Shown one piece after another: positions 1 to 11,941 of a stretch of 64,000 nt of DNA. This DNA is from Okamejei kenojei (lineage: Eukaryota), in the NCBI GenBank assembly GCA_035221665.1, contig CM069150.1, forward strand, positions 35,278,001-35,342,000, in the 5' to 3' direction. Under the pieces are notes generated by a model. It saw only the letters and a program-made list of their open reading frames with translations, was not told where the DNA came from and searched no databases. The position numbers and the translations under genes were made by a program. Numbering within the stretch: the first letter of the stretch is position 1; the number at the start of each line of letters is the position of its first letter.

Positions 1-1699
1 TTCATTTAAAAAGCCGGGCAAACTGTTTGGAGTGCAGCTGGGACATTATGTTCTGTCCTCATGAGTTACACTGAATATAGAAATACGTGATCATCCTCGC
101 TGGCCTCTTGTGCTCTTGTTGTCAATGTGAGTGCCCACTGGACTATGCCTTAACATTGAACATGTCACTACACATAAAGCACTCAGAAAGAATCAAACAT
201 GATTTCAGAGAGTGATGTCGGAATGCAAGACAGCCTTTACGGAGATTGAAATTCAAAGAATGCCCAACCAGCTTTTTTAATATTGTTTGATATGATTTAT
301 AACAATAATGCACGAGACACAAGTGAATTGGAGAGTAGAGTACATCTTTATATTTAAAAAAAAGTTAAAAGTTACTCTAAAAAGGGTATTTAATAAATAC
401 AAATGTGTCAATGTCACAGAAATAATGCAACTTAAGAGTTAAAATATTGCTAGGTCATAATAATACAACTGTGACATTAATATAGTTTCTGGTAACTGCT
501 AAAGATCAATTTATAATGCAAAATTAGTTCAGAATTAATTTTTGCATGCTCACTAACATCTGCACAGTTAGATGTGCCAAAAAGGAACAAAGATTCAACA
601 CATGGAGCAAAATGTTCTATGATGTGGCATCATAATCATATATTAAATGTATGTTCGAAGATTGCTAATTCAACAAGTTGTACGACAAAACTATTTTGTA
701 CATTAATTGTGCACTATCCAACCGTAACTGCAGAGACGGGCCCATCCTTTCCTGACAAAGTTGGTTTCCTCAGACATTAAGCTGGGGTTTTTGTTTATTT
801 TACTTTATATCATGTCAGTGGAGCTCTGGGAAGATTTATGAAGCCCTGACTGTGACTTTTACATGAGGTGGTCAGGAGACAGTGACTTGACTGGCTTCTG
901 TTGAAAAGGGATCAGTGAAATTGTCAGTTGATTACTTTGCCTTGATTAGCATTTATAAGAGTCCTATGAAACATATTTGCATTCCTATTTAGCTGAGATT
1001 TTGCAGGGCACAAATGATTAAACTTGTCACGCAGGCTGATTGACAGGGTCAGATCTTTGCTTTATATTCTTTTGAAATTAAAAACAAATGTGTCAGTTTC
1101 TTCATGCGCCGGAGTGCTGAGAAGCTTGGCTGCCTTGTCATCGGAGATAGGTCAGGAATGTTTTAATTTTAGGGATAGATTCTAGTTGTCAAGTGAGTCT
1201 GATGGCGTGTAGTTCTGAAGACAAGATGTGAAGGGTGAATAGAAGAAGGGGGAACACCAAACAAAGACAAACACCCTCACATCATTACCAAGACCATTTA
1301 GATTCTTCCCTGACAGATACAATCACTCTGAATGACTATTAAACTCAATCAAGCAATTGGATAGTGGTCTTGCTGGTCACTTACCCCTCGAAGACCGAAT
1401 CAGCTAGTAACTGATATCTTAGTGCATTATCTTATTTATTGGACAATGTCACTGAGAAAGCACTTTGTGCTATCTGATGCTGACCTTTCTATTAGCAGCT
1501 GTGGCCCTGCTCAACACAACTGGGGAGACAGAAACTTTTCTTGGAAGTATGTCAAATAGAAGCCCAAGTTCAAAAAGAAGTAACTCCTGCTGTAACTTTT
1601 GTTTCTTGGCTTTTTGGAGATGGGTGACCCAACCAGAAAGTATCTCCCTGTTTGATTTGATCAGGGCTGCAACACAAAACAGTCAGACTTAGTTAGTAA

Positions 1700-1978
1700 T
1701 GCCCCTGTCCCACTTAGGAAACCTGAACGGAAACCTCTGGAGACTTTGTGCCCCACCCAAGGTTTCCGTGCGGTTCCCGGAGGTTTTTGTCAGTCTCCCT
1801 AATGGTCGAAAGTGGTTTCCGTTTTAAAAATCGGTAATCTTTTAGTCGAAGCCGGTTGCGATGCTAGTTGAAGGTGGTTGCCGGAGGACAAAAACCTCCG
1901 GGAACTGCACGGAAACCTTGGGTGGGGCGCAAAGTCTCCAGAGGTTTCCGTTCAGGTTTCCGAAGTGGGACAGGGACA
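1700..1978. mobile_element. PIF/Harbinger-like palindromic MITE
   Basis: Long terminal inverted arms (TGCCCCTGTCCCACTTAGGAAACCTGAACGG... / ...CCGTTCAGGTTTCCGAAGTGGGACAGGGACA), flanked by TAA/TTA, with no coding capacity. Inserted in the tail of a Rex1 LINE. Confidence 0.8.
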
Positions 1979-1980
1979 TT

Positions 1981-2400
1981 AGTTTAGTTTATTGTCACGT
2001 GTACCGAGGTACAGTGAAAAGCTTTTGTTGCGTGCTAACCAGTCAACGGAAAGACAATACACGATTACAATAGAGCCATTCACAGCGTACAGATACATGA
2101 TAATAATGTTTAGTGCAAGGTCAACCCAGAAAAGTCCAATCAAAGATAGTTTGAGGGTCACCCATGTGGTAGACAGAGTTCAGGACTGCTCTCTGGTTGT
2201 GGTAGGGTGGTTCAGTTGCCTGATAACAGCTGGGAAGAAACAGTCCCTGAATCTGGAGGTGTGTGTTTTCACACTTCTGCACCTTCTGCCCGATGAGAGA
2301 GGGGAGAAGGAGGAGTGGTCAGGGTGTGACTCGTCCTTGATTATGCTGTTGGCCTTGCCGAGGCAGCGTGAGGTATAAATTGAGTCAATCGAAGGGAGGA
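1981..2400 (-). mobile_element. Rex1/Babar-like LINE 3' fragment
   Basis: ORF 2180-2431(-) contains LPSIDSIYTSRCLGKANSIIKDESHP..FSPLSSGRR.RS..T.TSRFRDCFFPAVIRQLN, typical of the Rex1 RT C-terminus. The 3' end is AATAAA followed by a (CTAAA)n tail. Confidence 0.85.
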
Positions 2401-2550
2401 AAGCGTCAGTAATCATTTTCTTCACTGTCAATGCAGACAGAATCTGATTAAAACCTGAAGAAAGATGAAATTGGGAATTTGCTTTTCTTACTTTCTCTGA
2501 TCGGATATGCAGCTGAGATGATAACAGTATTATATTTTAGAACTGCCAAT

Positions 2551-3115
2551 TAGAACATAGAATAGTACAGAAACAGGCCCTTCAGCCCATAATGTCCATA
2601 GTGAACATGATGCCAAGACCAAGCCATTCCTTTAGGAAGGAAATGAGGAGGAATTTCTTTAGTCAGAGGATAGTGAATCTGTGAAATTAATTGCCACAGA
2701 AGTCAATGGATATTTTTAAGGCAGAGATAGATAAATTCTTGATTAGTACGGGTGTCAGGGGCTATGGGTTGAAAGCTGGAGAATGGAGTTTGGAGGGAGA
2801 GATAGATCAGCCATGATTGAATGGCGGAGTAGATTTGATGGGGTGAATGGCCTAATTCTGCTACTATCACTTATGAACTTATGAACCACCTCTTATCTGC
2901 CTTACATATATCCGTCCATTCCCTCGATAATCATGTGCGTATCTAAAATGTTGTTAAAGGCCACTATTCCTTTTTGTACACAGTTCAGTAAATGTATCAC
3001 TGTACATCACCGGCCTCTGTGCAAAAAAAAACATGCCGCTCACATCTCCTTTAATCTTTGCCCTTCTCACCTTAAAGCTGCGCCCTCTAGTATTTGATAT
3101 TTTCATCCCGGGAAA
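2551..3115 (-). mobile_element. Degenerate CR1/HER1-like LINE 3' end, interrupted by a second CR1
   Basis: The reverse of the GGGCTGAAGGGCCTGTTTCTGTACTATTCTATGTTCTA tail lies at 2551-2590, and CR1-like sequence resumes at 2887-3115. Confidence 0.6.
2622..2886 (+). mobile_element. CR1 LINE 3' fragment
   Basis: FRKEMRRNFFSQRIVNL-type coding end, then GAATGGCCTAATTCTGCT and a TTATGAAC repeat tail. Confidence 0.8.
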
Positions 3116-4668
3116 TTTTTTAATACTTTCCTAGTATTTGTAACACTTCACCAATCTTTAGTAACAACCTTGAATCACAGTTGCAGGCCAAAATATGGTA
3201 TGATTTATAATATGTTGAAGCATGATATTTTGTTCCTCCAGTCTTGAGTTTGTGAAATTCAGCTGTTAAACACTTGGGCACATAAAAGATCAAAACTACC
3301 CACCTCATCTCGTGCACCTTGCATCTTGGATTTTGTCTCTTCTCCCACCAATATGTCCCCAATAACTGTGTCTGGAAATACTCAGCAAGTCAGGCCACAT
3401 CTGTGGGATGAGAAACAGAACAACCATTTAAAGTTTAGATTTCCAGCATCATAGGCTTTTTTGATTATCACTCATCTGTGTCTGATTCTTCACTTCAATA
3501 ACCGATGAATATAAGCAGAGAACGAGTATAATAATTAATCACAAATGATCAGTGCACACGACAGATTGGAAAAATATGCATCTTGAAAATTGCACTGGTA
3601 GTCCGTGTTCAATGTGTTAAATATTACCAAGTTTTGTTCAAAAGATGTTTTGCAGCTACAGCACACAATTTCCATTAATAACATCTCTGGCCTGCGTCGA
3701 ATTTGGCAATACTTAGCATTTTCCAGTAGTTTCATTTGTCTGCCTTCTATAATAATCTATTACATTTTAAAGAGAAATGTTTGACTTCAGTTCAAAACTA
3801 CAAGAATTCAAATAGACACAGCAGGTGGGGGTGGAATCTGAGCGCAGATAGACTTTAATTTGGGGCCGCAACTCTGCTGCAATTTTGACCGCCTGAGATA
3901 AATTGTTGCTCAGTTAAGTTATTCAGGACAAACTTTACTTGCTGCCTTTTTGCGACATCTGTCAGACTTTGTGACAATCAAGGTATAGTCTACAAATGCT
4001 GATACACATACAAAGGACCGCATGGCATTAAAGAATCGCAAAATAGCAATGAAAAGTTTGGCATACTGGCTAGAATAGGTGACTGGATATTTGTTATGAA
4101 TATAAATGTCTCCATTTGGCCGGTGAATACGCTCAGAATTTGTGGATGGTTACAGAATTTAGAATAGAAAGTCAAAACTTTCAGAATTAGGGAGGACACG
4201 AAGAATCATAGCGTTCATGACGGATGCAGAGAATGCCATACAAGTTTCTAGCTGTTAATGTTGAACACAATGATCTGAACGGACGATAAGGAGCCAACTA
4301 TCTACAACGTGAATCACTGTTTTTCCTGAACTTGGATCTATTGCAAAATAAATATTAACATGCAGAGAATAACCGCTTTGAGAATTCTCTTTCCTGAGCA
4401 TTATTGCCGGAGAACTGAAGTACAAGAAAGGGAAATGGTACAAGTACAAGGGGGCCAGAGGAATAGGGCTGGATAGTGAGACCTCCCATCTCCCAAGGAT
4501 CTTCTATTGTGCACAAGGTCTTAAGCACCATGCAAGATAGAACATGCCATGCTCACCAAACCTCACACAAAGACCTTTCATTCATGGGCTTCCACAATTG
4601 AAGAGAGTAGCGATTGGGAAGGATGTCGTTACGTAGTGTCAGGGTTGGGATGGTGGAGCTCAGTGGGA

Positions 4669-4735
4669 GAAACAAAAAGCTTTTCACTGTACCTCGGTAC
4701 ACGTGACAATAAACTAAACTGAACTGAAACTGAAA
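4669..4735 (+). mobile_element. Rex1-like LINE 3' tail
   Basis: AAAAGCTTTTCACTGTACCTCGGTACACGTGACAATAAACTAAACTGAAC matches the 3' end of the element at 1981-2030. Confidence 0.8.
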
Positions 4736-4910
4736 AATCACTGGAGGTAGAGAAGTGATCATGTGGGGAAATGATGTAGAGGGTTATGTAGATACAACGG
4801 TGATCATAGAGGTAATCTGGAGTCAGGAGGAGATGTCAGAAGGATGGATATAGGAGGGAGTTAGTTAACAAAAAATACATGGGACTCTGGCACAGGAAAG
4901 AATCAGGGAA

Positions 4911-5039
4911 GAAGAAGGGTCTCGACCCGAAATGTCGCCTATCTCTTTCGCTCCTTAGATGCTGCTGCACCCGCTGAGTTTCTCCAGCTTTTTGTGTACC
5001 CTCGATTCTCCAGCATCTGCAGTTCCTTCTTTAAAAAAA
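4911..5039 (+). mobile_element. Penelope-like pLTR fragment (subfamily B) with 14-bp TSD
   Basis: Starts inside the hammerhead (GAAGAAGGGTCTCGACCCGAAATGTC). Flanked by AAAGAATCAGGGAA at 4897-4910 and 5040-5053. Confidence 0.85.
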
Positions 5040-5464
5040 AAAGAATCAGGGAATGTGCCTGATGTCATCAGCATTAAGCAGGATAATGGGATAATTTACT
5101 CAGAGCTTATAAAATGCCTGAAAAAAGTGCCTGAAAAAATGTAGGCATCTTGAACGACAGTGCAGTGAGTCAAGTGAGGATAGGACTATTAAATATCCCG
5201 TAAATTAAGGCCTGTGTCCGAAGTGAACTGCTCATTACAGTTTTGCAGAAGAAATGTCGAAGTGAGCTGTTCACATTGCTTCACATTATTGTGCATGCCC
5301 ATGTGCATTCCATGCATTTATGCATCGGATGCATGGAGAACATGGGTCAAGAATTCAGAGGGGTTCTACTGGCTTACACAGTAGATTGGGATTTTGATCA
5401 ATCTACACTCAATGACATTATGGTACCGCACAGAGTTTCCAGGCCAAGGACCATGAACACTCAG

Positions 5465-5662
5465 TGAGACAGGCAACATCTCTGGAGAGAAGGAATGGGT
5501 GTCGTTTTGGGTCAAGACCCTCGAACCCGAATGAATGCACAGTCTCAACCCGAAATGTCACCCGCACTTTCTCTCCAGAGTTGCAGCTTGTCCCGCTGAG
5601 TTACTCCAGCATTTAGTGTCTATCTTCGGTGTAAACCAGCATCCGCAGTTTCTTCCTACACA
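5465..5662. mobile_element. Inverted Penelope-like pLTR pair (degenerate)
   Basis: GGCAACATCTCTGGAGAAGGAATGGGTGTCG... followed by its reverse complement ...CCCGAAATGTCACCC...GAGTTACTCCAGC. Confidence 0.75.
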
Positions 5663-6052
5663 TTAATACTGACTTTCTGTGACATGGTACCTGGAACCAT
5701 TCTGCTCTATTTATCGTTGTAGGAAAGCTTTCCATGAAACCAGAGCATGTTCTTTCAGCACGTTATGTGAAGTAGCTTGATGCAACTTTGACAGTACTAT
5801 AACACTGATGCAATCCTGTTATATGTGCTGGTCCCACCTCAAAATATAGAAGAGAATGGATGGTTGCCAAAAATAGAGTTTCATTCCTGTTATTGAGCTT
5901 TGGTGCGTGGACAAATATATATTGTGCCTTGATTTTAGTTATCAACCAGCTTTCTGCAGTAACATGCTTCCCACTAGTCTACCTGCTTTCTACACGGTCA
6001 TACAGAAGTGCCAAGTGGATGATTCATCTTGACTTCCTCCTAAGATACTCAC

Positions 6053-6120
6053 CGTCAGATAAGCCAGTCTTCATTCCTTTTGATTTATTCCCAGCGTTGT
6101 CAAGAAATCGAGAGCAACAT
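6053..6120 (-). other. Candidate exon (68 nt), no recognised product
   Basis: On the minus strand: attttctctggtcccatag|ATGTTG...TGACG|gtgagt. One frame is open (CCSRFLDNAGNKSKGMKTGLSD). Support is splice motifs only. Confidence 0.25.
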
Positions 6121-6252
6121 CTATGGGACCAGAGAAAATCCCAGTTGTAGAACGAAAGATTAATGCTTCAGAACTATCTACACTTCTCACCCAAGCACTA
6201 CCAATTCCAAAACAAACACAATGTTTGAGGAATTCAGCTGGCCAGACAGCCT

Positions 6253-6730
6253 GTTTAGTTTAGTTTAAAGAAACATCCTGGAAATAGGCCCTTCAGCCCA
6301 CCGAGTCTGTTCCTGACCAGCAATCACTCGTACACATTCTATCCTATACAATAGGGACAATTTACAGAAACCAATTAACCCACAAACTTGCAAATCTTTG
6401 GAATGTGGGAGGAAACCAAGCACCCAGAAAAAAAACCCAAGCAGTCAAAGTCAAAGTCAATTTTATTTGTCAGATGCACCTGAAGGTGCAGTGAAATTAA
6501 TTTGCCAGCAGCGATACACTTAAAAAGAACACACAATACACAATAGAATTTAACACAAACATCCACCACAGCATTCCTCACTGTGGTGGAAGGCAACAAA
6601 GTTCAGTCAGTCCTCCGCCTTAGTCACGGGAAGGATGTACAAACTCCGTACAGACAGCACCTGTAGTCAGGATTGAACCTGGGTTTCTGGCGCTGTAAGA
6701 CAACAACTCTACCGAGGCGGCACTGTGCCT
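6253..6730 (-). mobile_element. HE1-type V-SINE, interrupted
   Basis: tRNA-like head (GGCACAGTG..GGTAGAGTTG..GGTTCAATCC), V-domain GGTTTCCTCCCACATTCCAAAG and a (CTAAA)n tail. Split by an insertion at 6448-6621. Confidence 0.85.
6448..6621 (-). mobile_element. LINE 3' end (Rex1-like) nested in SINE
   Basis: Ends AATAAAATTGACTTTGACTTTGAC on the minus strand. AGTCA is duplicated at 6443-6447 and 6622-6626. Confidence 0.6.
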
Positions 6731-6739
6731 CCTCTGTTA

Positions 6740-7030
6740 CTTGCCTAGCTTACCCCAACAGCACTTCCAAAACCTGCTCCACCAAGAAGGACAAGACATA
6801 AAGGTGTTTGGGAAAGCCATCACAGAAACCTTCCCCTTCAGGTCAAACAGGCTTCCTGGTTGGAAATAAATTGCCATTCCTTCATGACCACTGGTCCTAA
6901 ATTCTCAACTTATCTACCAAATAGCAGGAACTCCAGAGGACTCTGGAGATTCAAGAAGCTGGCCCATCACCATCTTCTCAAAGCAGATAGAGATGAGCAG
7001 TCAGCAACACCAATATCCTGAAAAATATTA
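6740..7030 (+). mobile_element. Old CR1/L2-class LINE 3' remnant
   Basis: Degenerate CAGCACTTCCAAAACC...CCATTCCTTCAT...TTCAAGAAG..GGCCCATCACCATCTTCTCAA resembles a common chondrichthyan LINE 3' end. Confidence 0.5.
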
Positions 7031-7159
7031 AATAACAATCATAGCAAAATAATACTCCATATTATATCACTGGTGATTCCTGTAATTGTAATGAATTATG
7101 GTTGCTTGCTAAGGTTGGTATCAGTACAGTTAAAATTGATTTTACAAGTTAAAAAGTAC

Positions 7160-8222
7160 TGCTGGTACCCCTCAGGGTTGTGTGTTCTTCCCTGCTCTAC
7201 TCCTGTACACCCATGACTGTACAGCCAAGGACAAGGCCAACTCAATCTTATGGTTCACCAATGATACGACCAATGTTGGCCGGATCTACAGCAATGATGA
7301 TACGATGTAAATGAAAGAGATCTAGAAAACCTGTGTAATGGTGTCAGGACCTTAATGTCAGCAAGACTAAAGAGTTTGGTTATTGAGTAAGAAAGTAAAA
7401 GATAAAAACAACTCTCTCCTCATCAATGGATCTGGTGGTATGTCTACAAGATCTTCTCGAACTTCTACAGCTACACTTTAGAAAATATTCTGACAAGATG
7501 CATCTCAGCCCGAAATGGGAACTGCTCCGCTCCTAACCATCTGAACCTGCAATGAGTGGTGAGCGCAGCTCAGCCATCACAGGCTCGCCACTTCCTTCCA
7601 TTCAATACATCTTGACAGGGCATTGTATTGAGGCTGGAAGTATCAGCAAAGATGCCCGGTCACCTTGGCCAGTCCCTTTGTTTCTCTTATACCTTCGAGG
7701 AGAAGATACAGGAACTTGAAAGCTTAGACATCTAGACCTAGGCACAGCTTCTTCCCCAATGCTATCTGACTTCCAAACCAAGCAGTGTAGGAAAGAACTG
7801 CAGATGCTGGTTTAAATCGAAGATAGACACAAAATGCTGCAGTAACTCAGCGGGACAGGCAGCATCTCTGGAGAGAAGGGTCTCGACCCGAAACGTCACC
7901 CATTCCTTCTCTCCAGAGATGCAGCCTGTCCCGCTGAGTTACTCCCAACATTTTGTGTTTATCTTCCAAACTAAGCATCTCTTTCACACCATGAGGTGCT
8001 GCAGTGTACTTTTAACTCTGCCTCATTGGTTATTATGTTACTGTACCTTAATATTATTTTACACTACTAGGTCTTTGCATTATAATTTGCACCATTCTGC
8101 TCTTTTTTATACTGGTTGCATTGACTATTGTATTTATCATTACTGTATGTATACTGTTTACTCTCTGCTTTATATCAACAATGAATTTAATTGTGCTCTG
8201 GTAAATATCACAATAAACTAAT
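7160..8222 (+). mobile_element. Degenerate Rex1/Babar LINE (RT remnant to 3' tail)
   Basis: Frame-shifted GTPQGCV...LYTHDCTAK...(D)DTT RT motifs at 7160-7300, the Rex1 C-terminus at 7600-7770, and ACAATAAACTA at 8209-8220. Interrupted by a pLTR. Confidence 0.7.
7785..7966. mobile_element. Inverted Penelope-like pLTR unit
   Basis: Fold-back with the junction just 5' of AAGGGTCTCGACCCGAAACGTC. Flanking repeat CTTCCAAAC(C/T)AAGCA at 7770-7784 and 7963-7977. Confidence 0.85.
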
Positions 8223-8424
8223 CGGTGTCTTTGTCTCTGTATGGTACAATTGGTCTTAATGTGACCCCTGGTGCAAGGTGGCCCCCTGTCTTTTAAAGCC
8301 GGAATTTGCACTTCACTGTTTTCTCAGTCAAGCTGTATTGATGGACTTGTTGCAGTACTTAGAAAGAAAATCAAAAATCAGGGATGTTGAAAGTAACATC
8401 CTGAAAAGTGCAGCTGATCAGAAA

Positions 8425-8570
8425 CAGTATCTCACCTTCAGTTCTAATGCTGGATCTTGACCTGAACACCAATAATTTATTTGCCCCCATAAATGCTTCT
8501 CGACTTGCTGAGTTCCTAGCGCAATTTGTTTTTTGCCCCAGATTCCAGTATCGGCATTCTCTTGTTTCTT
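8425..8570 (+). mobile_element. Old Penelope-like pLTR remnant
   Basis: CAGTTCTAATGCTGGATCTTGACCTGAAC...GACTTGCTGAGTTCCTAGC...CAGATTCCAGTATC. Confidence 0.45.
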
Positions 8571-8638
8571 CATCTCACCTTTTGTTTTTAGTTAGACCCC
8601 AAGGTGTTACTAAATATCTAATCATCTAAAAGATGTTG

Positions 8639-9076
8639 GGTGTACACAAAAGGCTGGAGAAACTCAGCGGGTGCAGCAGCATCTAAGGAGCGAAGGAGAT
8701 AGGCAACGTTTCGGACCAAAACCCTTCTTCAGACTGATGGGAGGTGGGGGAGGCGGGGAGAAGAAAGGAAAAAGGAGGAGGAGGAGTCCGAGGGCTGAGG
8801 GAGAGGTGGGAAGGGGAGGAGACAGCAAGGGTTAACAGAATTGAGAAAATTCAATGTTCAAGCCCAGAGGATGCAGACTCCCCAAGCAGAATATGAGGTG
8901 CTGTTCCTCCAACTTGCGGGGTTGCTCACTCTGGCCGTGGAGGAGGCCCAGGACAGAGAGGTCGGATACGGAATGGGAGGGGAGTTGAAGTGCTGAGCCA
9001 CCGGGAGGTCGGGTTGGTTATTGCGGACCGAGCGGAGGTGTTCGGCGAAACGATCGCCAAGCCTCCGCTTGGTCTC
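8639..9076 (-). mobile_element. Penelope-like element 3' part (GIY-YIG endonuclease end plus pLTR)
   Basis: ETKRRLGDRFAEHLRSVRNNQPDLPVAQHFNSP (GIY-YIG C-terminal half) followed by a pLTR with hammerhead. An 11-bp TSD AAAAGATGTTG lies at 8628-8638 and 9077-9087. Confidence 0.9.
8705..8732 (-). ncRNA. Minimal hammerhead ribozyme motif
   Basis: CUGAAGA-A-GGGUUUUGGUCC-GAAAC-GUU. Stem II contains G-U pairs and the cleavage triplet is GUU. Confidence 0.55.
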
Positions 9077-9503
9077 AAAAGATGTTGCCAGGACTCGAGG
9101 GTCTGAGCTATATTCGGAGCACAGGAGGGTGATTGGTGATCTTATAGAGGTGTATAAAATCGAGAGGAATAGGTAGATGCACAGAGTCTCCTGCCCAGAG
9201 TAGGGGGGTCGAGGACCAGAGGGTATAGGTTTAAAGTGAAGGGGATATGATTTAATAGGAATCTGAGGGGTAACTTTTTCACACAAATGGTGGTGAGGTG
9301 TAGAATGAGCTGCCGGAGGACGTAGTTAAGGCAAGGATTATTGCAACAATTAAGAATCAATTCGACAGGTACATGGATAGGACAGGTTTAGACCCAAACC
9401 CAGGCAGGTGGGACTAGTGTAGCTGCGACATGTTGGCCGGTATGGACAAGTTGGGCCGATGGGCCTGTTTTCACGCTGTATGACTAGACTCTACGACTCT
9501 ATT
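9077..9503 (+). mobile_element. CR1/HER1-like LINE 3' fragment
   Basis: GDLIEVYKI-type motif, TRGYRFKVKG, and tail GGGCCGATGGGCCTGTTT..CTGTATGACTAGACTCTA. Confidence 0.85.
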
Positions 9504-10134
9504 TATTTGCCTAGCAATTGACTGGAAAATTTAACTCAGTATAAACAATGCTCAATAGCATTTTGCTATTGATTTTGAAGGCTCAATTGATTTTAAGTGC
9601 AGCAAAAATAAAATATAAAGATTAAAGCCTCTACTTGCCAGAAATGCAATTACAGTTAGAGCACGCTGGTTGCAATAATATGCATACAATGTGCTGCTGA
9701 GCAAATCTAACCTAAGAGATATCATGGATAAAACTGCAGAAACACAGCACCCAAGAGAAGGAAGAAAAACACATGAGTGAAGCAGGAGGGAATGAGTACA
9801 ATAAAACTAAAAGAAAAACAGATAACAAGGGCAGCGAGGAATAAATACAAAGAAATAACTTTGGAAAGAAAACAAGGAAATGGAACAACCTCTATTATGA
9901 AGAAAGACATGCAGATGTGAAAAGGAAACGATATCTCTGGTGGAAACTCTTGACAGAGGCTCCACTCCAAGTTCAGGTCCAAGCAAAACCATGGAGACCA
10001 AGCTTACAGTGTTAAATTAAGTTAAAGCAAGACATCAAATCAGGCAAGAATTTGTGATGTGCTGATGTAGGAATGCTATATGGTTATTGCTGAGCGAACA
10101 TACAACCAGCTTTGCTGTAAAACATGATGCCTAA

Positions 10135-10655
10135 AGGGCCTGTCCCAACAGCAAGCGATTGCATGCGTCTAGCGCGACCAAACGTGGTCGCTTGAGGCGT
10201 ACGGCTGCGCGGGGCCAGTTCCACTTCGAAGCGCGGAGGCGTATGGAGTTGTGCGGGGCTGGTCCCGACATCGCGCAGGGCTCCGCAAATCCTGCACTGT
10301 TCGAAAATTCTGCGCGCCAACAGCCTGTCGGCCCGCATTGAGTGCGTACGCAGGGTCTTGACAATGTACGCAGCGTCTTGACGTCGTACGCCTAGCGCGT
10401 GGCGTCGTGCGATGATGTCACCGCCCAGCGTGCCTTTGAGTGATGACGTCACTGCCCAACGCCGTGCGACGTCCAAACTCAGTATGCCCGCCTCCTGCCC
10501 AGCTGATTGGTGAGTATGATGTCAGGACCAGCCCCGCACAACTCCATACGCCTCCGCGGTTCGAAGTGGAACCGGCCCCGCGCGGCCATACGCCTCAAGC
10601 GACCACGTTTGGTCGCGCTAGACGCATGCAATCACATGTTGGTGGGACAGGCCCT
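10135..10655. mobile_element. PIF/Harbinger-like palindromic MITE (CpG-rich, young)
   Basis: TIR AGGGCCTGTCCCA / TGGGACAGGCCCT, with about 135-bp near-perfect inverted arms (10135-10272 vs 10518-10655). Confidence 0.85.
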
Positions 10656-10664
10656 CAGCTCTAA

Positions 10665-10758
10665 CAGTCTAAAGAACGGTCTCGACCCAAAAAGTCACCC
10701 AGTCCTTCTCTCCAGAGATGCTGCCTGTCACGCTGACATACTCCAGCATGTTGTGTCC
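10665..10758 (+). mobile_element. Penelope-like pLTR fragment (mutated hammerhead)
   Basis: CAGTCTAAAGAACGGTCTCGACCCAAAAAGTCACCC...CCAGAGATGCTGCCTGTC. Confidence 0.75.
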
Positions 10759-10905
10759 ACGACACAAAGAAAGAGTGTCAACTGGGACAGAGGCCAAGTC
10801 CGGGATATCAGTGGGAAGTGGGATCATGGTCAGATGTTCTACCAAGAATGTGAGCTGCTGTTGGCGGCAATAGGAAGGATTGATACTAATCAGACGATCA
10901 TTGTA

Positions 10906-11085
10906 GTGCTCCGGTTTCCTCCCACACTTCAAAGACGTACAGGGTTTTAGGTTAATTGGCTTCGGTAAAAATTGTAAATTGTCCCCTTTGTGTAGGATAG
11001 TGCTGGTGTACGGGGTGAGTGCTGGTCGGCGCGGACTCTGGGGACCGAAGGGCCTGTTTCTGCGCTGTATCTCTGAGGTCTAAAG
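10906..11085 (+). mobile_element. HE1-type V-SINE, 5'-truncated
   Basis: GTGCTCCGGTTTCCTCCCACACTTCAAAGACG...GAAGGGCCTGTTTCTGCGCTGTATCTCT. Confidence 0.85.
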
Positions 11086-11315
11086 GTCAACCGTTTTGCT
11101 GAGAACATGCAGCACAGTGCAGTTTCAAAGGCACATTCAAGTTGCAGTTAAAAAAAACATGAAGAAATATGAACAATTAGCAAAATCCTTCCATTGTTAA
11201 TAATTATAAAGCATAGGATTACAAGCAACTTATTACCACAACTGGTAAACAGTGAGCTATTATAGTGAACACATTTAATAACTTCTTATATCTTGGTTTG
11301 CAAAGCCAAATCTCC

Positions 11316-11941
11316 CATAGAAACATAGAAAATAGGTGCAGGAGGAGGCCATTTGGCCCTTCGAGCCAGCACCGCCATTCATTGTGATCATGGCTGATCA
11401 TCCACATTCAATAACCCGTGCCTGCCTTTCCCCATATCCCTTGATTCCGCTAGCCCCTAGAGCTCTATCTTTTAAATTCATCCAGTGAATTGGCCTCTAA
11501 TGCCTTCTGTGGCAGAGAATTTCACAAATTCACAACTCTCTGGGTGAAAAAGTTTTTCCCATCTCAGTTATAAATGGCCTCCCCTTTGTTCTTGGACTGT
11601 GGCCCCTGGGTCCTGACTGCCTCATCATTGGGAACATTTTTCCTGCATCTAGCTTGTCCAGTCTTTTTATAATTTTATACGTTTCTATAAGATCCGCTCT
11701 CATCCTTCTAAATTCCAGTGAATATAAGCCCAGTCTTTCCAATCTTTCCTCATATGACAGTCCCGCCATCTCAGGGATTAACCTCGTGAATGTACGCTGC
11801 ACTGCCTCAATAGCAAGGATGTCCTTCCTCAAATTAGGAGAACAAAACTTCACACAATACTCCAGATGTGGTCTCACCAGGGCTCTGTGCAGAAGGACCT
11901 CTTTACTCCTATACTCAAATCCTCTCGTTATGAAGGCAAAC
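11316..11941 (-). mobile_element. CR1 LINE 3' fragment
   Basis: ORF RPHLEYCVKFCSPNLRKDILAIEAVQRTFTRLIP...LERLGLYSLEFRRMRADLIETYKI, with a (TTTCTATG)n tail. Confidence 0.9.

Noticed and set aside
8858-9286. 142-aa ORF as a single gene
   Set aside because: It is a chance fusion of antisense CR1 sequence with the Penelope GIY-YIG fragment across the insertion junction.
9722-10001. F/L-rich minus-strand ORFs
   Set aside because: Same compositional artefact (purine-rich plus strand). The plus-strand frames contain stops.
10084-10950. Several overlapping 60-147 aa ORFs
   Set aside because: They result from the GC-rich palindromic MITE, with the same peptide appearing on both strands. No transposase motif is present.
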